Notes under the pieces: model-generated
The model's database searches: none
What the model was told of the DNA's origin: nothing
Seen by the model: the letters and a program-made list of their open reading frames with translations, nothing else
Program-made: the position numbers and the translations under genes
Shown: in pieces, positions 49,401-58,427 of the stretch
How positions within the stretch are numbered: position 1 is the stretch's first letter
Layout of the letters: every line of letters begins with the position of its first letter
Source of the DNA: a virus
DNA length: 64,000 nt
Direction: 5' to 3' (one strand)
IMG/VR virus record: IMGVR_UViG_3300033553_000338
Span: 1-64,000 of that record

Positions 49401-49852
49401 ACTCCAATGTTGTTGCTGTACCGTTTTCCTTCATGGAGATTTCGCATCATCTTGGAATACCGTTGTTTATCGAAAATTACCCTAAACTTGTGGCTTGATC
49501 TGTTGGAAGACTTAAATCGGTAAGTAGGTGCATGAGGGGCCTCAACCATTGCATTGTCAAAGGTTTCCATCTGGTTGTTCTCACGCATACGCTTGAGGGC
49601 AAACTCCGGAATCTTCTCAATATATAGCTTCGCATCGTATGCCGGGAACTCAAACACATCACCTTCCACAACATCATCCATCACCAGGTTCATAAAACTG
49701 TGGAACACCCCACGAGCAAGCCGGCATTTATCTGACTTACCATAAGTACGGGCCAGTCTTCCCTTTCCCTTCACAAAGTCATACTTCTCGTAATCAGGGA
49801 ACAGATCCCCTACCCTGGCCATGTGGTTTTTATGGTGTATTTTCTTATCCAT
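49394..49852 (-). CDS. IHF/HU-like protein
   Basis: F...V.DD.VEG..FEFP....L.I pattern, C-terminal GK.Y, conserved synteny. Confidence 0.55.
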   Translation of the reverse strand: MDKKIHHKNHMARVGDLFPDYEKYDFVKGKGRLARTYGKSDKCRLARGVFHSFMNLVMDDVVEGDVFEFPAYDAKLYIEKIPEFALKRMRENNQMETFDNAMVEAPHAPTYRFKSSNRSSHKFRVIFDKQRYSKMMRNLHEGKRYSNNIGVW

Positions 49853-49859
49853 TAAGGAT

Positions 49860-49897
49860 TAATATACGAAAAAAGCCGGACTTAAGGAAGCCGGCTT
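49860..49897 (-). promoter_or_regulatory. Fused terminator + late promoter cassette (copy 1)
   Basis: Hairpin AAGCCGG...CCGGCTT (49873-49897). Its U-tract runs into TTCGTATATTA (49860-49870). Confidence 0.7.
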
Positions 49898-49916
49898 CTA
49901 TGAATTACGCTAGTAA

Positions 49917-50630
49917 TTACTGTAATTTGAAATCCTGGTTATACACCTTGCGGTCGTGCGATGCCCGGACATCCAGTAATTCGTTCCATTGGTTGTCTGT
50001 AATGTAATCCGGAACCCGTGATTGAGCTGTCTTTTTGGATGCTTCCGATTTGAAGTACTTCAGTTTGTTGACATCCTTTAAGCAACCCATGATCAGCTGC
50101 TTTTCCAGGAACATGACAATGGTCTGGTAGGCAAAGGCAATCACTTGCTTTTCGGTAAGCAGCGGAGATCCTGCCTCATCCAGGTACGGAGCTGTCCCAA
50201 CCACGTAGATTTCCCGATCTGTCAGAAGCTCCGAAACGTACAGCGTGGATCCCCCGTCAAAACGAAAGTCCACATACTCCCCTGTTACCTTACCCGATGT
50301 ACTCGAAAAGTCGGTCTTACTGCCCCCAAGCTTATTGGTGGATACAATAAAATCCTCACTGCCCAGGGTCTGAACAGATTTCCAGTCATTATACAGGTAG
50401 GCATTGGTGGTCACGGATTTGATGAATTTGAAATCAACAGGGAGATCGACAACACCCCCTTCGCCTACCATGCATGGGGTCTTTGTAATTGCCTGTACGG
50501 GTCTTACAAGGTTGCGGACAATGTATGAAAAGTCCAGAAAGTCATCGTAATTCATGACAATCCCTTGCTGGGTTATCAGTGCATAGGCCACTTCCAGCGG
50601 CTGATCAGGTGGTGTTGCTCTATTCTCCAT
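49917..50630 (-). CDS. Tail ring / tubular protein (P22 gp4-like)
   Basis: VDLP.D...I.SVT...G.YV.F...LDE.G.P.LTEK...A.A...NELLD...S.DRK.Y. Confidence 0.7.
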   Translation of the reverse strand: MENRATPPDQPLEVAYALITQQGIVMNYDDFLDFSYIVRNLVRPVQAITKTPCMVGEGGVVDLPVDFKFIKSVTTNAYLYNDWKSVQTLGSEDFIVSTNKLGGSKTDFSSTSGKVTGEYVDFRFDGGSTLYVSELLTDREIYVVGTAPYLDEAGSPLLTEKQVIAFAYQTIVMFLEKQLIMGCLKDVNKLKYFKSEASKKTAQSRVPDYITDNQWNELLDVRASHDRKVYNQDFKLQ

Positions 50631-50632
50631 GT

Positions 50633-51373
50633 TTAGCTGATTTTATCGGCCATGTCTGAAGCTTGAATTGGTGCGTTCATTTGCCGGTAGTAAGTAAGAT
50701 ATCGTTGGGTGATGGTTTCTATAATCTGCAGGATGAGCTGGTCCGGAGCTGCCAAGGCAACTATGTCCTCAACAATACCGTTGGCTACCTGGCAGCACTT
50801 GTATTCATAGATTGCATAAGGATCCCGAAACACTGCTGTAAGGGCAATGGATTTCAGGTACTCCGGAATATTGTATAGATAAGCTTTGTGGTATCCTTGC
50901 TCTGCAGATCCCAGTACCGCGTAGGGCCTGGCTGCTGAAGGTAACAATACCCTGGCCCGATGGCTCTCCCCAAAGTAAATCTTCCAGCTGTACCTGGTCC
51001 TCCGGGAATCCCCAAAGAAGGAATACAGCGGCATGCTTCCTATGCGGAGCATTTCCGGGATACGGACATATTTCACAAGGCTCCCCTCCTCATCAATTTC
51101 AAAACCACTCCCCTCACAACAATCCGATGGATCCCCTTCCAGGATATCCAAACATCCTACGGATTGACTGGCTGGGGTCATCTGAAAACCTTTGGCACAG
51201 GGGCTCCCGTCCGGGGAAAATCCTGCGGTAACCAACGTATTTCTTAACAGCTTAATCTCCTGACGAAGCTGCTCCTTCGGGATGGGTGTATTAGGACTCC
51301 CATGGAGCCCGTCCAGAACATTGTTCATGATTGCATCTGCAATGGCAGATTCTGACCAAACTATCTCATTCAT
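50633..51373 (-). CDS. Tail ring protein
   Basis: IA.AI.N.V..GL.G....EQL..EI...R; N.P..LK.I...AVF.DP; YYRQ..AP. Confidence 0.7.
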   Translation of the reverse strand: MNEIVWSESAIADAIMNNVLDGLHGSPNTPIPKEQLRQEIKLLRNTLVTAGFSPDGSPCAKGFQMTPASQSVGCLDILEGDPSDCCEGSGFEIDEEGSLVKYVRIPEMLRIGSMPLYSFFGDSRRTRYSWKIYFGESHRARVLLPSAARPYAVLGSAEQGYHKAYLYNIPEYLKSIALTAVFRDPYAIYEYKCCQVANGIVEDIVALAAPDQLILQIIETITQRYLTYYRQMNAPIQASDMADKIS

Positions 51374-51390
51374 ACTTAATGGTTATGATT

Positions 51391-51429
51391 TAATATACGA
51401 AAAAAGCCGGACTTATTAAAGCCCGGCTT
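51391..51429 (-). promoter_or_regulatory. Fused terminator + late promoter cassette (copy 2)
   Basis: Hairpin AAGCCGG...CCGGCTT (51404-51429) with TTCGTATATTA (51391-51401). 26 nt are identical to copy 1. Confidence 0.7.
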
Positions 51430-51453
51430 GATTTCTTGATTATGTAAAAAAAA

Positions 51454-52317
51454 TTATGGAATCAGAGGGTCCACAATCGGAGTCCATCCTTGCGGAGACT
51501 TCGCGCCAATGGCGTTCAGAGTTTCCCACAAAACTTCTTCCTGAGATTTCAAAAGGAAAATGCAAAAAGATGCGGTTCCTTTCAAACGGTCGTACATACC
51601 CTGAACTTCATGGTTGTAAGACATCGGAATCTCAAAATAGAACTCGTGATACAGGGCCGATTTGATCGGACGGTCTGAACTCAACTCTGCAGTTGGATGA
51701 ACAGTTGCAGCGGTATCCAGGAATTCGTTTTCTTCCAGGTCTTTGCCAGATCCTACAGCGTATGCAGGGGCAGTAGTAACTGCGATAGCGCAAGCTACTA
51801 AACCAGGAAGTTCCGACTGGGTTTCCACGGCAACCACTTTGGGCTCGTAATTGAATCCGCGATGTGCGTTAATCACTTTGCTGAATTCGTCTTCCATAGT
51901 GAAGATAATCTCAGCACCTGCACCGGTTACTGCGAAAGGCAGATCACCAAATTCATCTTCCTGCAGCTGCTTACGCAGTTCAGCAGCGATGTCAGCAGCG
52001 GTTGCACCGGCAATTGCTCGTACATTGTATACAAATTCGCGTCCCGGAGTTGTTTTAAACCGGGCATTCTCCGATGCATAACGGGTAGTCTCGTAACCAA
52101 ATACGAAAGTGATATTACTGGCCACTGCAGGAGCACCTGTAATGGTTGCAGTGAATACCCCTTTAGTAGCGGCAGCTCCATTTGCAGCGGCCACGTTTAC
52201 CATGTCAGCTACAGTGAACTCACCGAAACCGGGAATTCTGAGAAAAGTTGCATCACCAGTTGCACCCCAAGATGCCAAATCGTTAATCAATACTTGTTTT
52301 GTTCCTAAAGTCGCCAT
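51454..52317 (-). CDS. Auxiliary capsid (decoration) protein, putative
   Basis: Ala/Thr/Gly-rich beta protein two genes after the MCP gene, followed by a terminator. Confidence 0.55.
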   Translation of the reverse strand: MATLGTKQVLINDLASWGATGDATFLRIPGFGEFTVADMVNVAAANGAAATKGVFTATITGAPAVASNITFVFGYETTRYASENARFKTTPGREFVYNVRAIAGATAADIAAELRKQLQEDEFGDLPFAVTGAGAEIIFTMEDEFSKVINAHRGFNYEPKVVAVETQSELPGLVACAIAVTTAPAYAVGSGKDLEENEFLDTAATVHPTAELSSDRPIKSALYHEFYFEIPMSYNHEVQGMYDRLKGTASFCIFLLKSQEEVLWETLNAIGAKSPQGWTPIVDPLIP

Positions 52318-52335
52318 GTTTTATAGTTTTAGCGA

Positions 52336-53157
52336 TTAATCTACTTGCTGCTTTGTTCTCGGTCCCTTCTTAGTGGTGGCAGCAGCTTCGCCATACACTT
52401 CAGGATTAATTTCTTTTTTGATCTGATTTAAGATCTCTGTGTTTGAAGGATTCTGAAGGTAGCTGATCACAGCATCTTCGTTACCTCCCAGCGGCATGGT
52501 ACCATAAATGAATACCCCGTTTTTCTTTTCAATGACTCCCAGGTCACACGCTCTGTAGAATACCAGAGTCGTAGCAGCTGATCCCTTCTCATACACATCC
52601 AGTACCCGTGCAACTCCATCACGCTCCCGTAAAAGGTGAAGCAGGAATTTTTTGGCACTACCAGGAGATTCCCCGGCCATATCGATACCCAACAGACGGG
52701 CACGGCCAATCAACAGTTCAGGACTATCCTTGTGGACGTACTCCTGGGCTTTGAAGAATCTATCTTCAGTCTCCAGCTCTTTCTGGACCTCAACATCCTC
52801 GTTGAAAACGTAAAACAAAGCATCCTTGGATTGCTGAGCATCATCGAAGCTCATGGCAATTTTTGGATCATGTTGGGCCATGGCCCATAACATACGGTCT
52901 TCGAACCGTTCCAGGTTAAACTGGTAATCATTACGGGCAGTGAAGTGTGTTTTACCAGTGGTAAAAAAGGTCAATTTTTTCTTGTCTTCATCACTAAGTA
53001 CCGGAACGCCTAATAGCCTACCTGTACTGCGGTCCTTTGTGGGTTCAATACGTGCCTTTTGCTCTTTGAAGAACAAGGTCTTTAGCGTGATGATTCCCGT
53101 TTCAGGAATTCCCCTCAGCACATCCTGCGCTGAAATGGGTAAATCTTTCATTTCCAT
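52336..53157 (-). CDS. Portal-vertex / head protein, putative
   Basis: Immediately downstream of the MCP gene; ARLLG.DM and GVI..KNG.F.YG...LG......I.YL.NP.N motifs of crAss-like portal vertex proteins. Confidence 0.65.
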   Translation of the reverse strand: MEMKDLPISAQDVLRGIPETGIITLKTLFFKEQKARIEPTKDRSTGRLLGVPVLSDEDKKKLTFFTTGKTHFTARNDYQFNLERFEDRMLWAMAQHDPKIAMSFDDAQQSKDALFYVFNEDVEVQKELETEDRFFKAQEYVHKDSPELLIGRARLLGIDMAGESPGSAKKFLLHLLRERDGVARVLDVYEKGSAATTLVFYRACDLGVIEKKNGVFIYGTMPLGGNEDAVISYLQNPSNTEILNQIKKEINPEVYGEAAATTKKGPRTKQQVD

Positions 53158-53215
53158 ATAAATTGCATTTAAACATTAAACATTTTTTCTTTTCACTAAT
53201 TTAATCATTATTCTC

Positions 53216-53262
53216 TATTATACGAAACACCCGTCAGAAAAAGATCTGACGGGAGTATCGTA
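53216..53262 (-). promoter_or_regulatory. Hairpin after the MCP gene overlapping a late promoter variant (TTCGTATAATA)
   Basis: CCCGTCAGA/TCTGACGGG stem (53230-53253), extendable through TACGA/TCGTA; motif at 53216-53226. Confidence 0.65.
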
Positions 53263-53285
53263 AATATAGAGTTTGATCAGCATGA

Positions 53286-54692
53286 TTATTTCACTGACTC
53301 AAGGAAGATCACTGAGCTGTAAGGATCCAGTACCGCGCTGCCGGCATAACCGAGCAGGTGATAGCTGCTTGCAGACACAGGAGTTGAAACTTCTCCGCTT
53401 GTTTTGCCTGTCAATCCACCCATTCCATTTAACGTGCCCGAAATTATGTCTTGTCCCTCAAGGGTGAACATGTTAATGTTACTGTAAGAACCTTCAACTT
53501 TGTCGTTGTTCAAATCCAGCATGATTGCAAATGCGCGATCTTCGAATTCCAGGTTCAGAGCTTCGTTCTTCATCACCGTGAAGGTCGTGCCGGCAAATTC
53601 GTAAGCATTGAAGGTGGCACCGATTTTCAGGTACTTACCGTTAGCTTGGACAAATTTGTTGTCACTCGATTTCAGGAATCGTTTGTCTTCCTTCATGATC
53701 GTGTTGAACTTGTACCAGAAGCGGTTGTTGCAGATCAACGCATAATTCTTATCTGAGTGAGCACCAACACGCTCATTCAAAGATTGGATTGCATCCTCGA
53801 ACAGGTCAGTTGACATTTCGTTGAATCCGAAGATATCAGCGAAGCGGAACAACTGAGTGATAACACCGTCTCCGGAAGGAATATCCTGTCCGTTCTCATC
53901 CTGCAGTTTGCATTTAGAGTTGATGTCGTAATTCGACTCACTGGTCAACATGGACTGCTCACGACTCTCCAGGAAGTGCTTCAGACAGGTGTCTTCGCTT
54001 TTTTCCAGTTTGTAGTAAGACTCTTTGCCCTTCTTACCCATCTCAATGTACTTGTACTCCTGCAATGAAAATGCATTCGTCTTTTCGATTGAGGCACGGT
54101 GAATAGACAGGAAGTTTTTGTGAACTTCACTAGATGAGATATATTTAACATAACCTCTCTCAGACAGTTCACCATAGTAGTTACTATGGTAACGAGTCTT
54201 ACGTCCACCCTGGGCGTAGGCAGTGTTGATTTTCCGGCTGTCCTCATTACCCATCAGGATAACAGTATAACGCCAACGGTTCGCGTTGATACGCGTTGGT
54301 TTTTTCACAACCCACAACTTCTGACGGTTTTCCAACTGGAAAGAGTCGTTTGGATCGTAGTACTTTTCTTTCAGGTCAACGGTTACCGGCTTACCACCTT
54401 GACCATCTCCGCTGATCGCACCAACGATTTCAACTTTTTTGATGAACGACACTTCGATCTGCCATTCCACAGACATTGCATTCAGCGACTGGAACCGGTT
54501 TTTTCCGGCACGGCTGTTCTTGAAGGTGTGTCCCAACAAGTCAGTTAGTACGCTAATGCTCAAAGAAGGATAGCGTTTAACGACTACCCCGAGGCGATCT
54601 GGGTTATTACCCAGAAAGGTTCCAAAATTCTTGATACTTCTGGTATCGGAAGAAATGAAACTAGGTAACGATTGTTTTTGAATAACTCTCAT
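53286..54692 (-). CDS. Major capsid protein (Crassvirales)
   Basis: DTR....F..FLG..P.RLGVV...YP.L, TRY.SN...EL.E.GY.KY.S, GDG.I.Q and GG..G..SG.VS.PV.AS....GYAG..V..PY.S; 468 aa. Confidence 0.9.
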   Translation of the reverse strand: MRVIQKQSLPSFISSDTRSIKNFGTFLGNNPDRLGVVVKRYPSLSISVLTDLLGHTFKNSRAGKNRFQSLNAMSVEWQIEVSFIKKVEIVGAISGDGQGGKPVTVDLKEKYYDPNDSFQLENRQKLWVVKKPTRINANRWRYTVILMGNEDSRKINTAYAQGGRKTRYHSNYYGELSERGYVKYISSSEVHKNFLSIHRASIEKTNAFSLQEYKYIEMGKKGKESYYKLEKSEDTCLKHFLESREQSMLTSESNYDINSKCKLQDENGQDIPSGDGVITQLFRFADIFGFNEMSTDLFEDAIQSLNERVGAHSDKNYALICNNRFWYKFNTIMKEDKRFLKSSDNKFVQANGKYLKIGATFNAYEFAGTTFTVMKNEALNLEFEDRAFAIMLDLNNDKVEGSYSNINMFTLEGQDIISGTLNGMGGLTGKTSGEVSTPVSASSYHLLGYAGSAVLDPYSSVIFLESVK

Positions 54693-54715
54693 GTTTCAAT
54701 TAATTAATTAATTAT

Positions 54716-55912
54716 TTAACTCTCTGATAAAAAGTCCTCTAGGGTTTGATCGTCAGAGTTACTTTGCCGTCCTCCCTTGTTCACACTTTTACCTTTTACT
54801 TTACTAAATCTTTGTTGGACGGTCTTGCCGGAATTCCCATCCGTGATACCTTTCCGATAAACCTCCGTAAGCTTCGATTTATAGAAAGTGTCCAGCTCTT
54901 TAAATTTGGCCTCTCCGTACTTCATGTACCACATGGCCTGGATTGCCTTGGATTGATCAGCCATTACCTTGTCGAACTCAGTCTTACCTGAAGCATCACG
55001 TTCGGCAAATGCCTCCAGGATGTCGTTCCGGTCCGTGTCGCTTAGTTTCCATCCAGCGATCTCAGTTTGACTCTTTGCGGCATCTACAAAGCCTTTTACC
55101 CGTCCGGTGAATACTTCTTCAGCTTCTTTTTGAATTCCTTTTAAAGCAGCTGCTTTGGCCTCCTCCCGTCTGGAGATAAAATTCTTCCGCAGGGACTCTG
55201 CCGTGTTTCCAAACAGACTGGATTTCTTAAGGTGTTCCACCTCATCCTTAATCTGCTCTTCGGTAGCCTCTTCATTGTTGGCCGCAACATAGAGTTCCAG
55301 GATCTTGTCGTTGGACATGTCCTCAAACTTGTAGTCCGGAGCATCATACTCGTTTTCAACTGAGCTGAGCACACTGAACTCCTGTGCTGACTTCTGCATG
55401 AAATCCTTTACTGTCATCTTGGATTCGCGAATCTGGGCCAGTAAAGCCTTTTCATCATCCTTAATGCTCAGTTCCTCTTCCACGCTTGGCCGGGTACTGT
55501 CTACAATCTGTGCTAGAACGTTCACTTGTTGTTCGGGCTTAAGCTCTGAGAACTTCACTTTCTTTCCATCCTCAGTCTCCAATTCACCCCCAACAATGTT
55601 GTATCTCTCAAGGAAGGTTTCAACAATAGATGACTCACTCACCGGAGCATCATTATCGCTCTCCTCCCCTTCTTCTTCTTCTTCTCCTTCACCTGGTTTA
55701 GGTGGTTCAGGAGTATTACTTGGATCATCCTGAAATCTTGGATCATCTTCTAACCCTTCAAACTCAAACCCTTCTTCCTCGTCTTCTGATCCCGGTGCTG
55801 GTGGGTTGGCAGGGTCTGCAGGTGGATTAGCAGGGTCAATAGAGTCCTCGTTAAAGGACTCATCATCGAATAATTCATCAAACATTAATTCTTCTTCTTC
55901 CATACCTCTCAT
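54716..55912 (-). CDS. Capsid scaffolding-like protein
   Basis: Highly acidic N-terminus with a DPANPPA repeat, helical body, directly upstream of the MCP gene. Confidence 0.7.
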   Translation of the reverse strand: MRGMEEEELMFDELFDDESFNEDSIDPANPPADPANPPAPGSEDEEEGFEFEGLEDDPRFQDDPSNTPEPPKPGEGEEEEEGEESDNDAPVSESSIVETFLERYNIVGGELETEDGKKVKFSELKPEQQVNVLAQIVDSTRPSVEEELSIKDDEKALLAQIRESKMTVKDFMQKSAQEFSVLSSVENEYDAPDYKFEDMSNDKILELYVAANNEEATEEQIKDEVEHLKKSSLFGNTAESLRKNFISRREEAKAAALKGIQKEAEEVFTGRVKGFVDAAKSQTEIAGWKLSDTDRNDILEAFAERDASGKTEFDKVMADQSKAIQAMWYMKYGEAKFKELDTFYKSKLTEVYRKGITDGNSGKTVQQRFSKVKGKSVNKGGRQSNSDDQTLEDFLSES

Positions 55913-55949
55913 TTATTTTACCCTGGTATTCGTTACCAGGCGTTATTTC

Positions 55950-56789
55950 TTATTGCTGAGGCTGCTGTTGCTGGATACCTCCTTGAGGTGGCACCGACTG
56001 GTTTACTGCTGAGTAATTCTGTGCAATTGGGTTGTTGTTCCCAAAGGCGATCAGTACCACAGCCTCTTTGATAATTTCGTGACAGACATCTTCTTTGAAC
56101 TCCATGATTTGAGAGCCATCGATCAGGGTATTCAGTTGATCGTTTGTCAAGACGATCTCCATAGGGTACTTGATAAAGTCACAATGGACTTTGGTCAATT
56201 CAAACACCCCCGCGATATCTCCTGCAGTCCGTACAATATTGGCATCTGGGCCAAAAGTCACCGACAGCTTGCTCCCAGGAGTATCCCCCTGCCCTGCCGT
56301 TGCTTGCCAACCCCCGGATTCAATCTTGAAATAAGGATTCCGGTAAGACGGTTTCAACCAGGCATTCTGTAAAATCAAGCTTTCTTTATCAGATGACAGC
56401 GGCTTGGCCGGCATACTGAAAGAAGAACCTGCCGGGTAACATTTGTACCCTGTCTTCACAGTGTATTCCAAAATGCAGTTAAGCATGTGGAAATAGGTAT
56501 TTGGAAGCTTACCGGTAAAGTAGTAGTTACTACCTTTCCGTTTGAAGCTCAGTTCATTCTCCGCTGGGTTGTCGTAATCTAAGGGTGCTGAGAACTCATA
56601 GTTCATCTTAAGCACCTGGACATCATCGGTAGTCTGCTGGTTGGTGTCATACACATTATACCTTTTCTGGGTCCATTGATAAACGGACTTATTGATATAG
56701 TGATTGAAATCCTCAAGCAGCAGATCCGGAGTTCCGTAATTCTTATTCAACTCAATCAGGATAGCTTCAAATACGTCTCTTGCTGTCAT
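55950..56789 (-). CDS. Tail ring / head-tail connector protein
   Basis: MTAR.V.E..LIELNK...P.LLLEDFN...NK...YN.YD.NQQTTDD..VLK; LP..Y.H.LNC; SQI.EF...VC.EI. Confidence 0.75.
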   Translation of the reverse strand: MTARDVFEAILIELNKNYGTPDLLLEDFNHYINKSVYQWTQKRYNVYDTNQQTTDDVQVLKMNYEFSAPLDYDNPAENELSFKRKGSNYYFTGKLPNTYFHMLNCILEYTVKTGYKCYPAGSSFSMPAKPLSSDKESLILQNAWLKPSYRNPYFKIESGGWQATAGQGDTPGSKLSVTFGPDANIVRTAGDIAGVFELTKVHCDFIKYPMEIVLTNDQLNTLIDGSQIMEFKEDVCHEIIKEAVVLIAFGNNNPIAQNYSAVNQSVPPQGGIQQQQPQQ

Positions 56790-56998
56790 TTATTCCACTT
56801 ATTTTGTTTACACAATTTTTTTGATCTAGTCAGTGACGGAAGGAAACACCCACAGGATGTACACCAGTTCCCGTCCCTCAAACTACACGCTGCACAAACT
56901 CTTAATCTTTGCTGGGCCAATTCTTCAACATTGTTATCAGAAGTTCTTCCGATAGATAAAGCGTAATTGACGTATCCCTCTATAATGTGTTTTAGCAT
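56786..56998 (-). CDS. Small zinc-binding protein (DUF6171-like)
   Basis: RL..C..C......C..CGC.L....R....C...KW; ATGA overlap with the next gene. Confidence 0.7.
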   Translation of the reverse strand: MLKHIIEGYVNYALSIGRTSDNNVEELAQQRLRVCAACSLRDGNWCTSCGCFLPSLTRSKKLCKQNKWNK

Positions 56999-57012
56999 TG
57001 TATGTTAAGAAA

Positions 57013-57023
57013 TAATATACGAA
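57013..57023 (-). promoter_or_regulatory. Putative phage late promoter TTCGTATATTA (head operon)
   Basis: Exact motif 15 nt upstream of ATG 56998. Confidence 0.65.
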
Positions 57024-57031
57024 ATAATTAC

Positions 57032-57259
57032 CTAATTAGCAAGACCCGGCCTTTTGGAGAACTTTTCCAGTCCCGTGGCCCCCAGTATTGCTCCAATCAA
57101 AAATGCAAGCGTATCGATGTAGGCAGCATCAATTTCCAGGAATATCCCAAACAGCAATGCTATCATAAGCACAGCCACTGATTGCCGCTTGAAGGAAGGG
57201 GCACCCTCCGAATCTCTGAAAGTGCCCCCTAACCAACTATATGTTTGTGCTTTACTCAT
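57032..57259 (-). CDS. Holin-like two-TM membrane protein
   Basis: PSFKR followed by two hydrophobic helices, then EKF.K. Confidence 0.6.
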   Translation of the reverse strand: MSKAQTYSWLGGTFRDSEGAPSFKRQSVAVLMIALLFGIFLEIDAAYIDTLAFLIGAILGATGLEKFSKRPGLAN

Positions 57260-57683
57260 GATCCCCAGCCAGTAACGGAATCAGTATCGATAAGTTCTCA
57301 GTCGTAATATCTTCCGGAAGATCCGAAAATTTAAGAGGCGTAACCTCAACATCCACCCGGACAGTGCTGGCAGCTTCTTCAGATGCCTTCTCAAAAGTCC
57401 GCATCTCGTCCAGCTGCTTGATGTACTTCTTGTTGATGGATTCCAGGAGCTTCAATTTCTTCTCCGGCTGGCCCTTCATATCCTCCCCAAACACCGTTCT
57501 AACGGAGTCCTGGTACTCAGACATGTCTGGACCTTTGATCGTCCCTTTAAACACTTCAATAGCCTCGTCCAGCTTCTTGATAATAACAGCATACCGGTAC
57601 TTGGTAGCAATGGGCTTATCAGCTGATAAACCTCCCAGCACCGATTTTGCCCGGTGCATTTCGTTTGGCGTAATTTGAATCAT
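57252..57683 (-). CDS. Hypothetical helical protein (possible tail-fibre chaperone)
   Basis: 143-aa ORF in the fibre/lysis block. Confidence 0.5.
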   Translation of the reverse strand: MIQITPNEMHRAKSVLGGLSADKPIATKYRYAVIIKKLDEAIEVFKGTIKGPDMSEYQDSVRTVFGEDMKGQPEKKLKLLESINKKYIKQLDEMRTFEKASEEAASTVRVDVEVTPLKFSDLPEDITTENLSILIPLLAGDHE

Positions 57684-57759
57684 AATCTGAATTAATTTTT
57701 TTTTACTTAAACATTTTCATTTGCATAGGATATAATTTAACAACTTATATCCTTATTTC

Positions 57760-57787
57760 AAAAAACAAAAGGCGGTATAGACCGCCT
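57760..57787 (-). terminator. Intrinsic terminator
   Basis: Minus strand AGGCGGT-CTAT-ACCGCCT followed by TTTGTTTTTT. Confidence 0.7.
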
Positions 57788-57792
57788 GTTAG

Positions 57793-58068
57793 TTACCTCA
57801 TTCGGTTGTAAGAGTCCAGGAGGGTTTCAATTCTTACGATCCGCTTACCCTGGTCTGTCTGTACAATAAGCAAGTCATCATACTTCACTGTAAGAAAATC
57901 GTTTTTGTCTTTGATGTTGTCAACTTTTTCGGCAACATTCTTAGTACCATTATCAATATGTTGCTTGATAAGAGCCACATCGGTCTTAATACTAATGATG
58001 GACAGCGAGGACCAGCTGAGAAGACCTATCAATACTGTTCCTATAATTCCCAGGTACCAATCCCTCAT
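57793..58068 (-). CDS. Single-TM coiled-coil membrane protein (holin/lysis-associated)
   Basis: N-terminal hydrophobic helix, coiled coil, RI.RIE motif. Confidence 0.55.
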   Translation of the reverse strand: MRDWYLGIIGTVLIGLLSWSSLSIISIKTDVALIKQHIDNGTKNVAEKVDNIKDKNDFLTVKYDDLLIVQTDQGKRIVRIETLLDSYNRMR

Positions 58069-58074
58069 AACTTA

Positions 58075-58371
58075 TTACACTACAGAATCAAACAATAAAG
58101 GATCCTGAAAGATCGCCAGGACACCAACTTTCATACTCTCGTTCAGCCCCGAGAGATCATCAGTAGCGGTCTGATTTACATTTCCGTAAAAATTGATTCC
58201 GTCACTGGTATGCAGGTCTGCTACGTGCCGGCCTTCTGCCGCCTTAGCGGAACACATTACGGTATCTTTGAGGATTCCACCGGTTAAGTTATACCTGTAT
58301 GTGATATCAAACTCGTTAAAGGTATCAGATAATTCAATCTGTTCTACCCTAGATTTTAGTGATAATGCCAT
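58075..58371 (-). CDS. Hypothetical protein
   Basis: 98-aa ORF downstream of a late-promoter motif. Confidence 0.6.
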   Translation of the reverse strand: MALSLKSRVEQIELSDTFNEFDITYRYNLTGGILKDTVMCSAKAAEGRHVADLHTSDGINFYGNVNQTATDDLSGLNESMKVGVLAIFQDPLLFDSVV

Positions 58372-58416
58372 GGGAATAATTTGTTTTTAGTTACTAAACT
58401 TTTAATGATATAATAG

Positions 58417-58427
58417 TAATATACGAA
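58417..58427 (-). promoter_or_regulatory. Putative phage late promoter TTCGTATATTA
   Basis: Exact motif 46 nt upstream of ATG 58371. Confidence 0.65.

Noticed and set aside
55790-55840. 21-bp tandem repeat in the scaffold gene
   Set aside because: It is an ordinary in-frame low-complexity linker (DPANPPA x2).
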